A DNA stretch of 63,762 bases, the filler included. It is 4 parts of 4 records of this genome, joined end to end, with 100 filler letters (N's around TTAATTAATTAA, not from the genome) between each part and the next. Parts side by side here need not be neighbours in the genome. Positions count along the whole stretch, not along the records: positions 1 to 21,347 come from DRR378314_635; positions 21,448 to 42,707 come from DRR378314_636; 2 more parts are not named here. One strand, 5' to 3'. A program made the position numbers and the translations under genes. Shown one piece after another: positions 18,766 to 28,873 of the stretch (the stretch's first letter is position 1; each line of letters opens with the position of its first letter). A model generated the notes under the pieces. It worked only from the letters and a program-made list of their open reading frames with translations, was not told the origin of the DNA and did not search any database.

Positions 18766-19446
18766 ATGCCGGAAGCCATCGCCAAAACCTATACTCGCGC
18801 CGACGAAGCCTTCGATTGTCTGCAAACGGCCATCGTGAAGGGCGATCTTGCCCCAGGCGAGAAAATCGGCGAAGTCGAGCTCTGTTCCCGTTTCAATCTT
18901 ACCCGCGGCCCGCTGCGCGAGGCGCTTGGCCGCCTTGAGTCCCGAGGCTTACTGGTTCGCCGGCCGCATGCCGGTGTGAAGGTAGTATCAGTCAGCGCTG
19001 ATGAACTCATGGAGCTGTACCGTATTCGGGAGACCATGGAGGGGCTGGCCGCCCGCCAGGCCGCCGAGCGTATGACCGACCAGGAAATTGCGGACCTCTC
19101 CGCTACCCTCGACAGCCACGAGCGCATGATTGAACAGGCTCAGGGCCAGGCCTACTATCAGGCGGAGGGGGATTATGACTTCCACCATCGCATCGCGACC
19201 GGCAGCCGCAACACCAAACTCGCGCAAATGCTGCTGGGTGATCTTTACTATATGGTCCGGATGTATCGTTATCGCCTGAGCACGTCTTCCGGTCGACCGC
19301 ATATGGCACTGGAAGAGCACCGCAGAATTGTTGAAGCCATCGCCCAGCGCGATGGAGAACTGGCGGAGTTCCTGATGAAACGTCACATCAACGCCGCTCG
19401 CAAGAACATCGAGAAGAAGATCCAGCAAGGTGCACTGACCATCTAG
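18766..19446 (+). CDS. prpR: GntR/FadR family regulator of the methylcitrate operon
   Basis: GntR HTH '[17 protein letters not shown]', FCD domain 'DYDFHHRIA...[10 protein letters not shown]'; directly upstream of prpB. Confidence 0.85.
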   Translation: MPEAIAKTYTRADEAFDCLQTAIVKGDLAPGEKIGEVELCSRFNLTRGPLREALGRLESRGLLVRRPHAGVKVVSVSADELMELYRIRETMEGLAARQAAERMTDQEIADLSATLDSHERMIEQAQGQAYYQAEGDYDFHHRIATGSRNTKLAQMLLGDLYYMVRMYRYRLSTSSGRPHMALEEHRRIVEAIAQRDGELAEFLMKRHINAARKNIEKKIQQGALTI

Positions 19447-19496
19447 CGCCTTCTAACCGAAGATCAGAACCTTCAAACCAAACAATGAGGCCTCCC

Positions 19497-20384
19497 ATGT
19501 CCAAGAAACAATCACCAGGCGCACGCTTTCGCAAGGCTCTGAAAGACAATCAGCCGTTACAGATTGTGGGCACCATCAATGCCTATGCCGCCATGATGGC
19601 TGAAAAAGTAGGACATCAGGCGATCTATCTGTCTGGGGGCGGCGTCGCCAATGCCTCATACGGCCTGCCGGATCTGGGTATGACCACCCTGAACGATGTG
19701 GTTGAAGATGTTCGCCGCATCACCGCAGCCACCGACGTACCCCTGCTTGTGGACATCGACACTGGCTGGGGCGGCGCGTTCAACATTGCCCGCACCATCC
19801 GCGAAATGGAGCGTGCCGGAGCCGCGGCTGTCCACATCGAGGACCAGGTTGCCCAGAAACGCTGCGGCCACCGCCCGAATAAAGAAATCGTGTCCCAGGA
19901 AGAAATGGTGGATCGTATCAAGGCCGCGGTGGATGCTCGTGAAGACGACGATTTCTTCATCATGGCCCGTACCGATGCGTTCCAGAAAGAAGGTCTGGAA
20001 GCGGCCATTGAGCGGGCCAAGGCCTGCATTGAAGCCGGTGCCGATGGCATCTTCGCTGAGGCGGTTACCGAGCTGGAGCACTACAAGGCTTTTTCAAAGG
20101 CCCTGGACGTGCCCATTCTGGCCAACATTACTGAATTCGGCGCCACGCCCTTGTACAACCGCAAGGAACTTGCTGAGGCTGGGGCTGGTATGGTGTTGTA
20201 TCCATTGAGCGCCTTCCGCGCGATGAACAAGGCTGCACTGACGGTGTACGAGAACATTCTCGAAAAAGGCGACCAGAAAGACGTGGTTGACCTTATGCAG
20301 ACGCGGATGGAGTTGTACGATTTCCTGAACTACCACGATTTCGAACAGAAGCTGGATGAACTGTTCCAGCAGAAGAAGGGTTAA
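19497..20384 (+). CDS. prpB: 2-methylisocitrate lyase
   Basis: [41 protein letters not shown]. Confidence 0.97.
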   Translation: MSKKQSPGARFRKALKDNQPLQIVGTINAYAAMMAEKVGHQAIYLSGGGVANASYGLPDLGMTTLNDVVEDVRRITAATDVPLLVDIDTGWGGAFNIARTIREMERAGAAAVHIEDQVAQKRCGHRPNKEIVSQEEMVDRIKAAVDAREDDDFFIMARTDAFQKEGLEAAIERAKACIEAGADGIFAEAVTELEHYKAFSKALDVPILANITEFGATPLYNRKELAEAGAGMVLYPLSAFRAMNKAALTVYENILEKGDQKDVVDLMQTRMELYDFLNYHDFEQKLDELFQQKKG

Positions 20385-20417
20385 TCAAAATCCAAACATT
20401 GATGAGGGGGGAAAACC

Positions 20418-21347
20418 ATGGCTGAAGCAAAGAAACTCGGAGGCGCGGGTCTTCGCGGCCAGGTGGCCGGCGTAACGTCACTGTGTACCGTTGGACAGTC
20501 GGGCGCCGGCCTGACCTATCGTGGTTATGACATCAGCGACCTGGCGGACAACGCCCAGTTCGAGGAAGTGGCCTACCTGCTGTTGCGTGGCAAGCTGCCC
20601 AACCGGCAGGAGCTTGAAGACTATAAGAAAAAGCTCGTTAGCCTGCGTGAACTGCCCTACGCCGTCAAAACCGTGCTCGAGCATATCCCCAAAGATGCCC
20701 ACCCCATGGATGTGATGCGTACCGGCTGTTCCATGCTGGGCAATCTGGAAACCGAAACCGACTTCAGTCAGCAGGATGACAAGATTGACCGCATGCTGGC
20801 CCTGTTCCCGGCCATCATTACCTACTGGTACCGCTTCGCTCATGACGGCGTGCGCATCGACACGGCCAGCGACGTGGATTCCATCGGTGGTCATTTCCTG
20901 GAGCTGCTTCACGGCAAGAAGCCCAGCGGATTGCACGAGCGGGTCATGAACGTGTCGCTGATTCTGTATGCGGAGCATGAATTCAACGCTTCTACCTTCA
21001 CGGCTCGTGTGTGTGCCTCCACGTTATCGGATATCCACAGCTGCGTAACCGGCGCCATTGGTACCCTGCGCGGCCCGCTGCACGGCGGTGCCAACGAAGC
21101 GGCCATGGCCCTGATCCAGAAATTCCAGACCCCGGAGGAAGCCGAGAAAGGCCTGCTGGGTATGCTGGAGCGCAAGGAAAAGATCATGGGCTTCGGCCAT
21201 GCCATCTACCGCGATTCCGATCCCCGCAACGCGATCATCAAGAAGTGGTCCGAGACGCTTGCCAAGGAAGTGGGTGACACCGTGCTGTACCCGGTCTCGG
21301 TTCGTTGTGAGGAAGTCATGTGGCGCGAGAAGAAGCTGTTCTGTAAC
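20418..21347 (+). CDS. prpC: 2-methylcitrate synthase (3' end cut by contig end)
   Basis: GAGLRGQVAG, YAEHEFNASTF, GPLHGGANEA, MGFGHAIY, DPRN. Confidence 0.95.
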
Positions 21348-21447
21348 NNNNNNNNNNNNNNNNNNNNNNNNNNNNNNNNNNNNNNNNNNNNTTAATTAAT
21401 TAANNNNNNNNNNNNNNNNNNNNNNNNNNNNNNNNNNNNNNNNNNNN
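21348..21447. other. artificial contig spacer
   Basis: 44 N + TTAATTAATTAA + 44 N. Confidence 0.99.
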
Positions 21448-21629
21448 GTTTTTCTGCATGTTGCAATGTTTTAAACTATTAATTCTGTGAAAGTCAAAAC
21501 ACAGGCAAAAATGCTTCAAGAAGTTATCTAAAATTACAACATATAGTGTAATAGTCTGTTCCCGATAAGAACACCCTTTACATGATTTTAGATGGTTTTG
21601 AATGATTTTAGATGATATGTCTAAAAAAG

Positions 21630-21665
21630 CAAAACACTGAAAATCATAATATTAACAGTGTTTTG
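21630..21665. terminator. inverted repeat just outside the putative att site
   Basis: CAAAACACTG (21630-21639) and CAGTGTTTTG (21656-21665) form a perfect 10-bp inverted repeat. Confidence 0.45.
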
Positions 21666-21685
21666 ATTTTAATTGAATAAGGTAA

Positions 21686-21709
21686 GTCGGGATGACTGCA
21701 TTTAATCCA
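21686..21709 (-). repeat. putative att site: degenerate copy of a tRNA-Pro 3' end
   Basis: Minus strand TGGATTAAATGCAGTCATCCCGAC resembles a tRNA T-arm/acceptor 3' end (TGGTTCGAATCCAGTCATCCCGAC, recalled, not database-checked); lies 81 bp beyond the last tra gene. Confidence 0.55.
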
Positions 21710-21789
21710 ATTCATTTGAAAGACTTTTTTAGATCAACAGTTGCACCGATCAAATTGGCATTAAAAACCAGCTATATACACATAAACCA

Positions 21790-22617
21790 TTATTTAAAAG
21801 TTAAAGCAACCAAGCGCGAAGTACCTTCTTCAGTAAGATTGGCCCGAAGCTTGTCCCCTTTGTCCAAATGAAATTTCGGGAAGACATAGACCAATCGGGA
21901 CTTCTGTCCATGCATAATGCTTGTGGGCACATTATGCCTGTAACGCGGCAGCAGTTCCAGTTCCTGATAGGAAGCCCTCCTGCCCCTTTTACCACTGGCC
22001 ATGAAAAGCTCCAAGTCCCCAAAATCAAACCGGACACCAGAATGGTTTGTTATTTCAAACTGGATATACACCTCGTCTTGCATGTGATACATATTCTTTA
22101 CGGCCAACGAGAGTCCCTGCTCTTTCTTGACCGAATGGTTTAGTTCGGGCAGTTGCAAGAGTGATTCGCAGGAGTTCTGAAACCTGCGATCACTGATTGT
22201 AGGAACCTCCGAGGAATCCGCAACCAAAGTCTGGGCAACCCTTTCCTGTTGGGTATCTTCCCCTACCCCTTGGTCCTCGGTCCCGATTCGTTCCCCCAAC
22301 CCAATAAATCGATTCGGATACGAAATTTCCCTAGCATAGCGTACCATAAAGGAATAGACACTTCCATCCTCCGTGATCACCAGCAGATTGCTGTCCTTTC
22401 CTGGAACGGCCTTTAACAGTCCCAAGACCTGTCCTTTTTCCCGATTATAGGTAAAGGCAAAATTGTCGTTGCCCACAATTCCCTGTTTGATCTTCGAGGG
22501 AAAGAACAGGGCCATGTTCATGTGTTCGTTGGCGTAAATGGTGTCCAAGGTTTTGTGGTTGGCGGCTTGGGATGCGACAGCAAGAAGCATCCCCAAAATG
22601 ATGATTGTATTTTTCAT
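21790..22617 (-). CDS. traN: conjugative transposon TraN-like protein (DUF4138, VirB9 analog)
   Basis: Signal peptide; 'NLLVITEDGSVYSFMVRY', 'ITNHSGVRFD', 'RLVYVFPKFHL'; last gene of the tra operon. Confidence 0.75.
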   Translation of the reverse strand: MKNTIIILGMLLAVASQAANHKTLDTIYANEHMNMALFFPSKIKQGIVGNDNFAFTYNREKGQVLGLLKAVPGKDSNLLVITEDGSVYSFMVRYAREISYPNRFIGLGERIGTEDQGVGEDTQQERVAQTLVADSSEVPTISDRRFQNSCESLLQLPELNHSVKKEQGLSLAVKNMYHMQDEVYIQFEITNHSGVRFDFGDLELFMASGKRGRRASYQELELLPRYRHNVPTSIMHGQKSRLVYVFPKFHLDKGDKLRANLTEEGTSRLVALTFK

Positions 22618-22654
22618 GACGATATGGTTTTAGGAGCCCCAGTCGAACGAGGGC

Positions 22655-23596
22655 TCAAGAGTTTACTTTTAAAAGGATTTTATAGTTTTTGTTTACGGTG
22701 GCCCTGACCTGACGGTTGGACCGTTTAAAGATGTTTTTCAGGCCCTTGACCTGGGGCACTCCCGGAACATTGATGTCGTCCACCACACCATCGACCACTT
22801 CCCTGGACAGTTCGGCCCTAAAGGAATTCTTGATATAGAGACCTTCCCGTCCATCCCGATAGTCATAGGCCCTTAAGCCTAGGGGTATATGCTCAATATT
22901 CCCGATATCCAGCACCATCCTATTGGGCTGAAAGCCCACGATACCAAAAACGATAGTACCTTCTGACACGACCTTACCATCAATGACCACCTTTTCCAGA
23001 AGTCGGAATTCCAATCGGTCGTTGGCCCTGACCGTCTGTGTTCGATGTACCATGGCCAAAATGACCATCTCATTCCGATCATCTTCATCGGATTGGGGAT
23101 CGGAGGCAAAGAACAATTGCTGTTCCAAGGCCATTTCAGGTAAGGTAGGTTTGGTGCTTTCATTTTGTTCTGATTCATGTTCCAGCTCGTTTGGTTTCTT
23201 GGGAACATCGACGTTGACCTTTACCTCATTTTCTTGAAACGGTTTCCGGTAAGAGTCTTGGGTATAATCGATGCGTCCCAATCTATAAATACTGTCCACC
23301 ATTTTTGCCTTTTCCCCATCGATCAGGTCTGGGTCAAAATTGCCCGTGGTATCCAAATACTTCTCATCATATATGCTCGGGGCATTGGTCGTCTTCATTT
23401 CCTTGAGATCATCAATGGCCTCCAACTTGGAGACATAGTCCTTTTGGCCAGTTTCCAAGGCAGGCACCAAGGGTTGCTTCAATGGTTCCCCTGAATTACC
23501 TCCATCGGTCAGGAAGAGCATGGCATACACCACCATAAATACCAGGACCAACAGAATGACGATCCCAAAAACGATTTTCTTTTTATCCAGTTTCAT
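22655..23596 (-). CDS. traM: conjugative transposon TraM (VirB10 analog)
   Basis: N-terminal TM, linker, C-terminal 'AMVHRTQTV...RLEFRLL...AYDYRDGREGLYI'. Confidence 0.8.
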   Translation of the reverse strand: MKLDKKKIVFGIVILLVLVFMVVYAMLFLTDGGNSGEPLKQPLVPALETGQKDYVSKLEAIDDLKEMKTTNAPSIYDEKYLDTTGNFDPDLIDGEKAKMVDSIYRLGRIDYTQDSYRKPFQENEVKVNVDVPKKPNELEHESEQNESTKPTLPEMALEQQLFFASDPQSDEDDRNEMVILAMVHRTQTVRANDRLEFRLLEKVVIDGKVVSEGTIVFGIVGFQPNRMVLDIGNIEHIPLGLRAYDYRDGREGLYIKNSFRAELSREVVDGVVDDINVPGVPQVKGLKNIFKRSNRQVRATVNKNYKILLKVNS

Positions 23597-23607
23597 AAGC
23601 GTGGGCT

Positions 23608-24219
23608 TTATAGGTCATTGACCTTTTTCAATTGATTTTCAAAATAGGCCGTGATCAACAGGCCATGGGGATTCTTTGGAAAATGCCGGTCCACTCTGAT
23701 GAGTTGGCCAGAGGTTCGCAGTTCGTAGGTATCGGTCACCGAACCCCTATCAATTTCAAAAATCACCCGGGACCTGAAGGAAAAGGCTCCTGCCTCCCCA
23801 AAAAGATCGGTTTCCACGGACAGGACCTTTTGGACCAGGGAATATTGCAGTAGCCGGTTATAGACCCCATCGGCCTTTTTTTGCCGATAGACGTTGTCCA
23901 CTGAACTATCCCCCAACCAAAGGGCCTTTTCCAAATGCTTTTGATAGTTGCTGGCATCGATACCATAAAAGTACTTGTGGAACTGCTCGATATGGGCCAG
24001 GGCTTCCACTTCCCGATTTTCCTGTTGGAGCGTCCATTTCAATGGAATGATGGATCCATCCGTTCCAATGGCAAAGTTTCCCGTCCTCGTTTCCCTGTAC
24101 ATTTGATAGGCCACCAAAACGGAACCCAGCGTACAGAGGGTCGATGCAATGACCACGATCAGGACCACAAAACGATTGGTCCGAAGTATTGCAGTGATAT
24201 TTTTATACATTGTTTTCAT
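23608..24219 (-). CDS. traK: conjugative transposon TraK (VirB8 analog)
   Basis: Single TM, 'HIEQFHKYFY', C-terminal 'R..KNPHGLLI'. Confidence 0.85.
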   Translation of the reverse strand: MKTMYKNITAILRTNRFVVLIVVIASTLCTLGSVLVAYQMYRETRTGNFAIGTDGSIIPLKWTLQQENREVEALAHIEQFHKYFYGIDASNYQKHLEKALWLGDSSVDNVYRQKKADGVYNRLLQYSLVQKVLSVETDLFGEAGAFSFRSRVIFEIDRGSVTDTYELRTSGQLIRVDRHFPKNPHGLLITAYFENQLKKVNDL

Positions 24220-24242
24220 AATATGTTATGTTTTGTCCGGTA

Positions 24243-25088
24243 CTAGGCACCGAAGAGTTTGAGTGAAAAGCTGGTCGCCCTTCGGTACAGTTTGAATTTC
24301 AAAAAGACGATAAACCCGATGGTGCCCAGTTCCACCAAAGGGGCAAACACGGAGCTCCCATAGTCCGTCCCGAAGAGGTTCACCCAAAAATTGTCGGTCA
24401 GTTCCCCATAGAGCGCATTGATAAAGATGTTCACCAGAAAAAAGGCAGGTACCAGCATGTAAACGGCCACATAGAGCTTAAAAAAGTTGTAGGCCAAGGT
24501 TCTGAACTTCTCAAAAACGGCCAAGCTGATGACCAAGGGAAAAAAGGCCCGCATGACGCCCAATAGAAAAAAGCGTTCCGCCAAAAAGAGCGGATAGATG
24601 AACAGGTCCAACAACCAGAGGAACACACTGATGATAAAGGCCAAGAGCCGCATCCCGAACAAGGGGCTGACCAGGGCCTCATAGAGCAGTGCCATCCCCT
24701 TTCGTGCCGCATCCATGATCCCGGCATCATCTTCAATGGAAATCTCCTGCAACTGCAAGGGCAACAAATCGGGTGCCGTGCTGCGGTATTGGGTCTCAAT
24801 ACCCACCAGGATGCTGTCAAAGGCATCCAACACCTGATCGGAAAACAACACCAACAACACTACGGCAAAATTCTTTGCCAGTTCCGTTGGGGTCAGCCCC
24901 CAGGTATGTCCATCTCGAGACGCAATGCCCTCGTTGTACTTCTTGATGATGTTGATCAAAAAGAACAGTAGGGCCAGGGCCTTCATGCCCGTGATGGTGT
25001 ACTGTGAAAAATCACTTCCGGTGATGGTGTCGTACACCGCATCCACATACTCCAATCCGATACTTAACACTACGCCGGCCATCATCAA
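24243..25088 (-). CDS. polytopic membrane protein, TraJ/VirB6-like
   Basis: Multiple TM helices; syntenic position between TraI-like and TraK. Confidence 0.65.
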   Translation of the reverse strand: MMMAGVVLSIGLEYVDAVYDTITGSDFSQYTITGMKALALLFFLINIIKKYNEGIASRDGHTWGLTPTELAKNFAVVLLVLFSDQVLDAFDSILVGIETQYRSTAPDLLPLQLQEISIEDDAGIMDAARKGMALLYEALVSPLFGMRLLAFIISVFLWLLDLFIYPLFLAERFFLLGVMRAFFPLVISLAVFEKFRTLAYNFFKLYVAVYMLVPAFFLVNIFINALYGELTDNFWVNLFGTDYGSSVFAPLVELGTIGFIVFLKFKLYRRATSFSLKLFGA

Positions 25089-25690
25089 TAGTTTGTTGTA
25101 CGGTTATTGATGGCCTGCTGCATTTCCCGAAAGGAAATAATGTCCCGGTATCGTTTGGACTTGCGCTGGATCTCCCCGACCATTTCCTTCGATCGGACTT
25201 CCTTTTCCTTGAGGACGGCGATCCGCTCCCCATCGGTCATCTTCAAAAAATCACTGGAGAGTATGTCCTCCACAAATTCCAGGTCTTCCAAGGAATGCTC
25301 GATGATGGCATTAAAGGCATTCGAGATACGTTCCACCTCCTCTGGTCGGATATGGGGGGAGTCCAGGATGTCCCGCAGGTCGTTCCGAACCATATCGAAA
25401 AGGCGCCCATTGTTACGTGTCAGTTCACGGACCGCCTTCAATTGTTTGATGACATCGTTGACCTTTTCGATGCGCTCTTTCTGTTCCCGCAAAAACTCCA
25501 CGGTCTTCAAGAGTTCGGAGGTCTGTTTGGCCGATTCGATGATCTGTTTGCCCAAGGTGATAAAGTTGGTATTGTCATATACCGGCATCCCCTGGGCCGT
25601 GGCACGGCCGGGCAGGGAAATGACCATTGACAGGGCTATGCCCAAGGTCAAGACCATTTTTTGAATGGGCATTTGGTTCGTTGTTTTCAT
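25085..25690 (-). CDS. secreted helical conjugal transfer protein (TraI/DUF4141-like, VirB5 analog)
   Basis: Signal peptide ending ATA, 'QGMPVYD', coiled-coil, 'KMTDGER'. Confidence 0.7.
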   Translation of the reverse strand: MKTTNQMPIQKMVLTLGIALSMVISLPGRATAQGMPVYDNTNFITLGKQIIESAKQTSELLKTVEFLREQKERIEKVNDVIKQLKAVRELTRNNGRLFDMVRNDLRDILDSPHIRPEEVERISNAFNAIIEHSLEDLEFVEDILSSDFLKMTDGERIAVLKEKEVRSKEMVGEIQRKSKRYRDIISFREMQQAINNRTTNY

Positions 25691-28104
25691 ATCGATTTCT
25701 TTTTAAGGTTTATAAATGTTTTGATGGCTTGCTCCATATCAGCATGTTCTTCGTACAGGGCCATGAGGGTTTCATTATCCGGGCCTTCGGTCAGGTAGGC
25801 TGCATAGACCTCTGGGGGAACTTCCAAGCGGAAGATGTTGCTCTCCTTTCCGATCTTGATAAAGATTTCAGTGTATTTAGGATGTCCAGAAAGGTTGTTC
25901 CTGATGGATTTCAATTGATTCAGGTCGTGTGCGGATAGCTGCAGTCTTTCCTGTAGCGCGGCATAGCCCTTTTCATTACGGAGACTGTAGATAATCTGTG
26001 TATTCTCCAGAATACTGGCCGAGGTAGCGTTCTGGGGCAGTTGGTTGATGGACTGTAGGATGATGCCAATGGCTCCCTCCTGTTTTCGGATGGCCTGGTA
26101 ATAAAACTCCACACTTTCCAGTACATTGTCAAACTTTAGCTGTTTGGCAAATTCATCAAAGAGGATGATGCCCCGCTCCTCCCTATTCCTCCAAACGGTC
26201 CGTTGGATGGCCGTTTTGATGAGCTTGAGCATCACAGAGAGGATTTCCTTGTTGTCCTTGACTTCATCAAGTTCGAACACGATCAGGCGTTTATCCTCCA
26301 ATCGATAGGATTGGTCTTCATTGGCCCCAAAAAGAAAGCTGTAGATTCCGTCCCTCACATATTCCGAAAGGATGTGCAGGAATCCCTTGACATCGAAGTA
26401 TTCGGGATGGATCTGCAATCGGGACAGCAGATCTTTTTGCCGTTTGCCGACAAATTGGTAAAAACTGTCCAACGTATGCGGGCAAACCTTGCTTTCCCTA
26501 TAATAGGCCAGCAATATTTTCTTCAAGGCCACCGAGCTTTCCTTTTGGGGCGTCGTACCAGCCCCCATCAGCTCGAAGAGGAACAGGGAAAGATCTTCCA
26601 AGCGTTCCGGGGTCACGTCCTCGCTATTGGATATGTAAAAGGGATTGATACCAAGGCTCTTGCCATTTTCATAGCGTAACACGGTGCATTGCTCGGGATA
26701 GAGGCTTGCAAACTTGGTATAGGAACCGCCCAGATCGATAATGACCAGCCGCACGCCTTGCTCAAAATACTGCCTCAAAATATTATTGGCCAAGAAGGAC
26801 TTCCCTTCCCCGGTCGGGGCAAAAATGGCAAAGTTCCTAGCCTTGATGCGCTTTTTCCCTTCGTCCCAGACATCCTTCAATACTGGAATGTTGAACTCCC
26901 GATCATTGAACACGATTCCCGTGCTGTCCGTGCTATAATTGGTGGTATTGACCCAAAGACAAAGCGCGTGCTTGAGATCGGTCACATAGAGATCCTCACT
27001 GGAGAAATTGGGGGCAAAACATGGGAAACTGTTCAGGATATAGTTTTTGCGTTCCTTGCCACAAGGGTAATAGGGCACCATATCCAGTTCCTTCAGCTCT
27101 GCCCTGATCTGTGCGTTGGTACGTTCCAATTGCTCCCCATCCCGGTTCCAATGGATGATATTGAGGTGTCCACGCACGATCCGTGCTTGATCATCCTTAT
27201 TGATCTGGTCGAGGATATGCTCGATTTTTTTGAGGACCACCTTGTTCTGTGTCCCAAAATTGGAACTCTTTTTCAGTTCCTCCACCTTTTTCTCCAGCTG
27301 CCTTCTCCAGTGGTGCCTATCATCCAGATAGACGATCTGGTTGATCATATGGTTTTCCTTGAGGGAAAGGCCAAGACCGTCGATGAACCCTTGGTGGAAG
27401 GTAAAATCATCCGATGTAAAACGTTCATTGACCTTACTGGTCTGTACGCTGTCCCCAAAACAGGACTCGCTATTGATGGCCAGCACATCAAAGTGATGGT
27501 TGCCGATGGCCACTTTGGGGCCGTCCAGAACGATATCGGTATCACAATCCGGGTTATGGCCATTGAACTGCTTTTGGGTCAAGGCCAAAATTTCGCCGTC
27601 CATCATGGGCTCCAAGCGAATTTTCTGTCCATTGTTGAGATAATTCACCGCATCGCTGACCGCATCCAAAAACTGTTTCACCCTATCATCCAACTCCCTG
27701 GGCAATGCCTTGGGCACACTTTTAAAGGGATTGACATATTTGGGGTTGTTGAAACCCGTCCGCCTGGGACAGGTAAAGAACAGATAGCTTTGGTGCTCCA
27801 TATATTCCCTTCCCTTGAAATGATCATGGGTCGCTTTGGAGAGAAAGGTATCCTTGCGCAGATAATCCGAGGTGAAGGAGGATTTCAGGTATATGTCCTG
27901 TTTATGGACCACGGTCCCGACAGGAAGGGACTTGAAGGCCTGGGACCAATTGCTGTGCAACCCCTCAAAATCGGTTTCGGAAAGCGAATGGACCTCGGGG
28001 AGCAAAACCTTATAGCAGGCGAGTACATTACCATTATTGGCAAAGATGATATGGCCCTGTATGTCCACAATGGGATGGTGGGAGGCGATGTTAATTTTCG
28101 ACAT
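25687..28104 (-). CDS. traG: conjugative transposon ATPase TraG (VirB4 family)
   Basis: 'LPVGTVVHKQD', Walker A APTGEGKS, IIDLGGSY, Walker B ILFDEF, AIRKQEG. Confidence 0.92.
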   Translation of the reverse strand: MSKINIASHHPIVDIQGHIIFANNGNVLACYKVLLPEVHSLSETDFEGLHSNWSQAFKSLPVGTVVHKQDIYLKSSFTSDYLRKDTFLSKATHDHFKGREYMEHQSYLFFTCPRRTGFNNPKYVNPFKSVPKALPRELDDRVKQFLDAVSDAVNYLNNGQKIRLEPMMDGEILALTQKQFNGHNPDCDTDIVLDGPKVAIGNHHFDVLAINSESCFGDSVQTSKVNERFTSDDFTFHQGFIDGLGLSLKENHMINQIVYLDDRHHWRRQLEKKVEELKKSSNFGTQNKVVLKKIEHILDQINKDDQARIVRGHLNIIHWNRDGEQLERTNAQIRAELKELDMVPYYPCGKERKNYILNSFPCFAPNFSSEDLYVTDLKHALCLWVNTTNYSTDSTGIVFNDREFNIPVLKDVWDEGKKRIKARNFAIFAPTGEGKSFLANNILRQYFEQGVRLVIIDLGGSYTKFASLYPEQCTVLRYENGKSLGINPFYISNSEDVTPERLEDLSLFLFELMGAGTTPQKESSVALKKILLAYYRESKVCPHTLDSFYQFVGKRQKDLLSRLQIHPEYFDVKGFLHILSEYVRDGIYSFLFGANEDQSYRLEDKRLIVFELDEVKDNKEILSVMLKLIKTAIQRTVWRNREERGIILFDEFAKQLKFDNVLESVEFYYQAIRKQEGAIGIILQSINQLPQNATSASILENTQIIYSLRNEKGYAALQERLQLSAHDLNQLKSIRNNLSGHPKYTEIFIKIGKESNIFRLEVPPEVYAAYLTEGPDNETLMALYEEHADMEQAIKTFINLKKKSI

Positions 28105-28375
28105 GGTTCAATAGGTTATCGGGTTTATTGCTGATACAGTTGGGAAAGACCTTGTTGAAGTCCAATAAGTGCTTGTTGGAAGCTATCCGGGTCAGCCCCG
28201 CATACCAACAGCAGTTCCATAGCATGGCCAAGAGGATGACCAAAAGACTGAAGGAAAAGATGATGATCAGCAGGGAAGCCAGGATGGAGAGCATCATTAG
28301 GGCAAACAGGGATATGGGAAGCCCCCATATCCTTGCCCCTTTACGGATGTCCTTATAGATTTTGTACGTTCTCAT
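28091..28375 (-). CDS. small membrane protein, TraF/VirB3-like
   Basis: 94 aa with hydrophobic core, overlaps the traG start. Confidence 0.6.
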   Translation of the reverse strand: MRTYKIYKDIRKGARIWGLPISLFALMMLSILASLLIIIFSFSLLVILLAMLWNCCWYAGLTRIASNKHLLDFNKVFPNCISNKPDNLLNHVEN

Positions 28376-28403
28376 AGGAATTACTCACTTTTGGCTTAAA
28401 AGA

Positions 28404-28688
28404 TCAGACCACGATTCCGATGAGATAGGTGAAGATGCCGACCACGGCCCCTGCGATGAGCACAAACACCAACACGCGGGTGATGCCTTTTTTAAGATCT
28501 GCGTTCTCCCCAAAAAAATGGCCTGCATTGAACAGGAAGCCGACCAAAAAGATGACCCCGAGGAGGAGGGGAAAAATGGTTCGGATGGTATCGGAGATGT
28601 CATTGACCGAATCTTCGATGCCCCCGATCTGTGCAAAAGCGGGCATGCCCAGAAGCATGGCCCAAATGGATAGAACTGTTTTTTTCAT
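28404..28688 (-). CDS. pilin-like protein, TraE/VirB2-like
   Basis: Likely start MKKTVLS; signal peptide ending AFA followed by two hydrophobic helices; first gene of the tra operon. Confidence 0.65.
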   Translation of the reverse strand: MKKTVLSIWAMLLGMPAFAQIGGIEDSVNDISDTIRTIFPLLLGVIFLVGFLFNAGHFFGENADLKKGITRVLVFVLIAGAVVGIFTYLIGIVV

Positions 28689-28873
28689 GATGAGTGTTTT
28701 TGTGGCCAAAAGGGCCTATTGATGAATAAACTTTTCGAAAAGTATCGGGAACTCACAAAAAGGATCCTAAATCACTAAAAATTAACGGACAGCAGCGTTA
28801 AATTTTAAGGAATCCCAAGGGATTGGAGGAAAGCGTTAGAGATTGCACAATGCATCTTAACATTTAAACGGAT

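Noticed and set aside
20418-21347. prpC as a truncated pseudogene
   Set aside because: The frame is open up to the contig end; truncation is an assembly effect.
26689-28134. 481-aa plus-strand ORF
   Set aside because: Antisense shadow of traG with no recognisable motifs.
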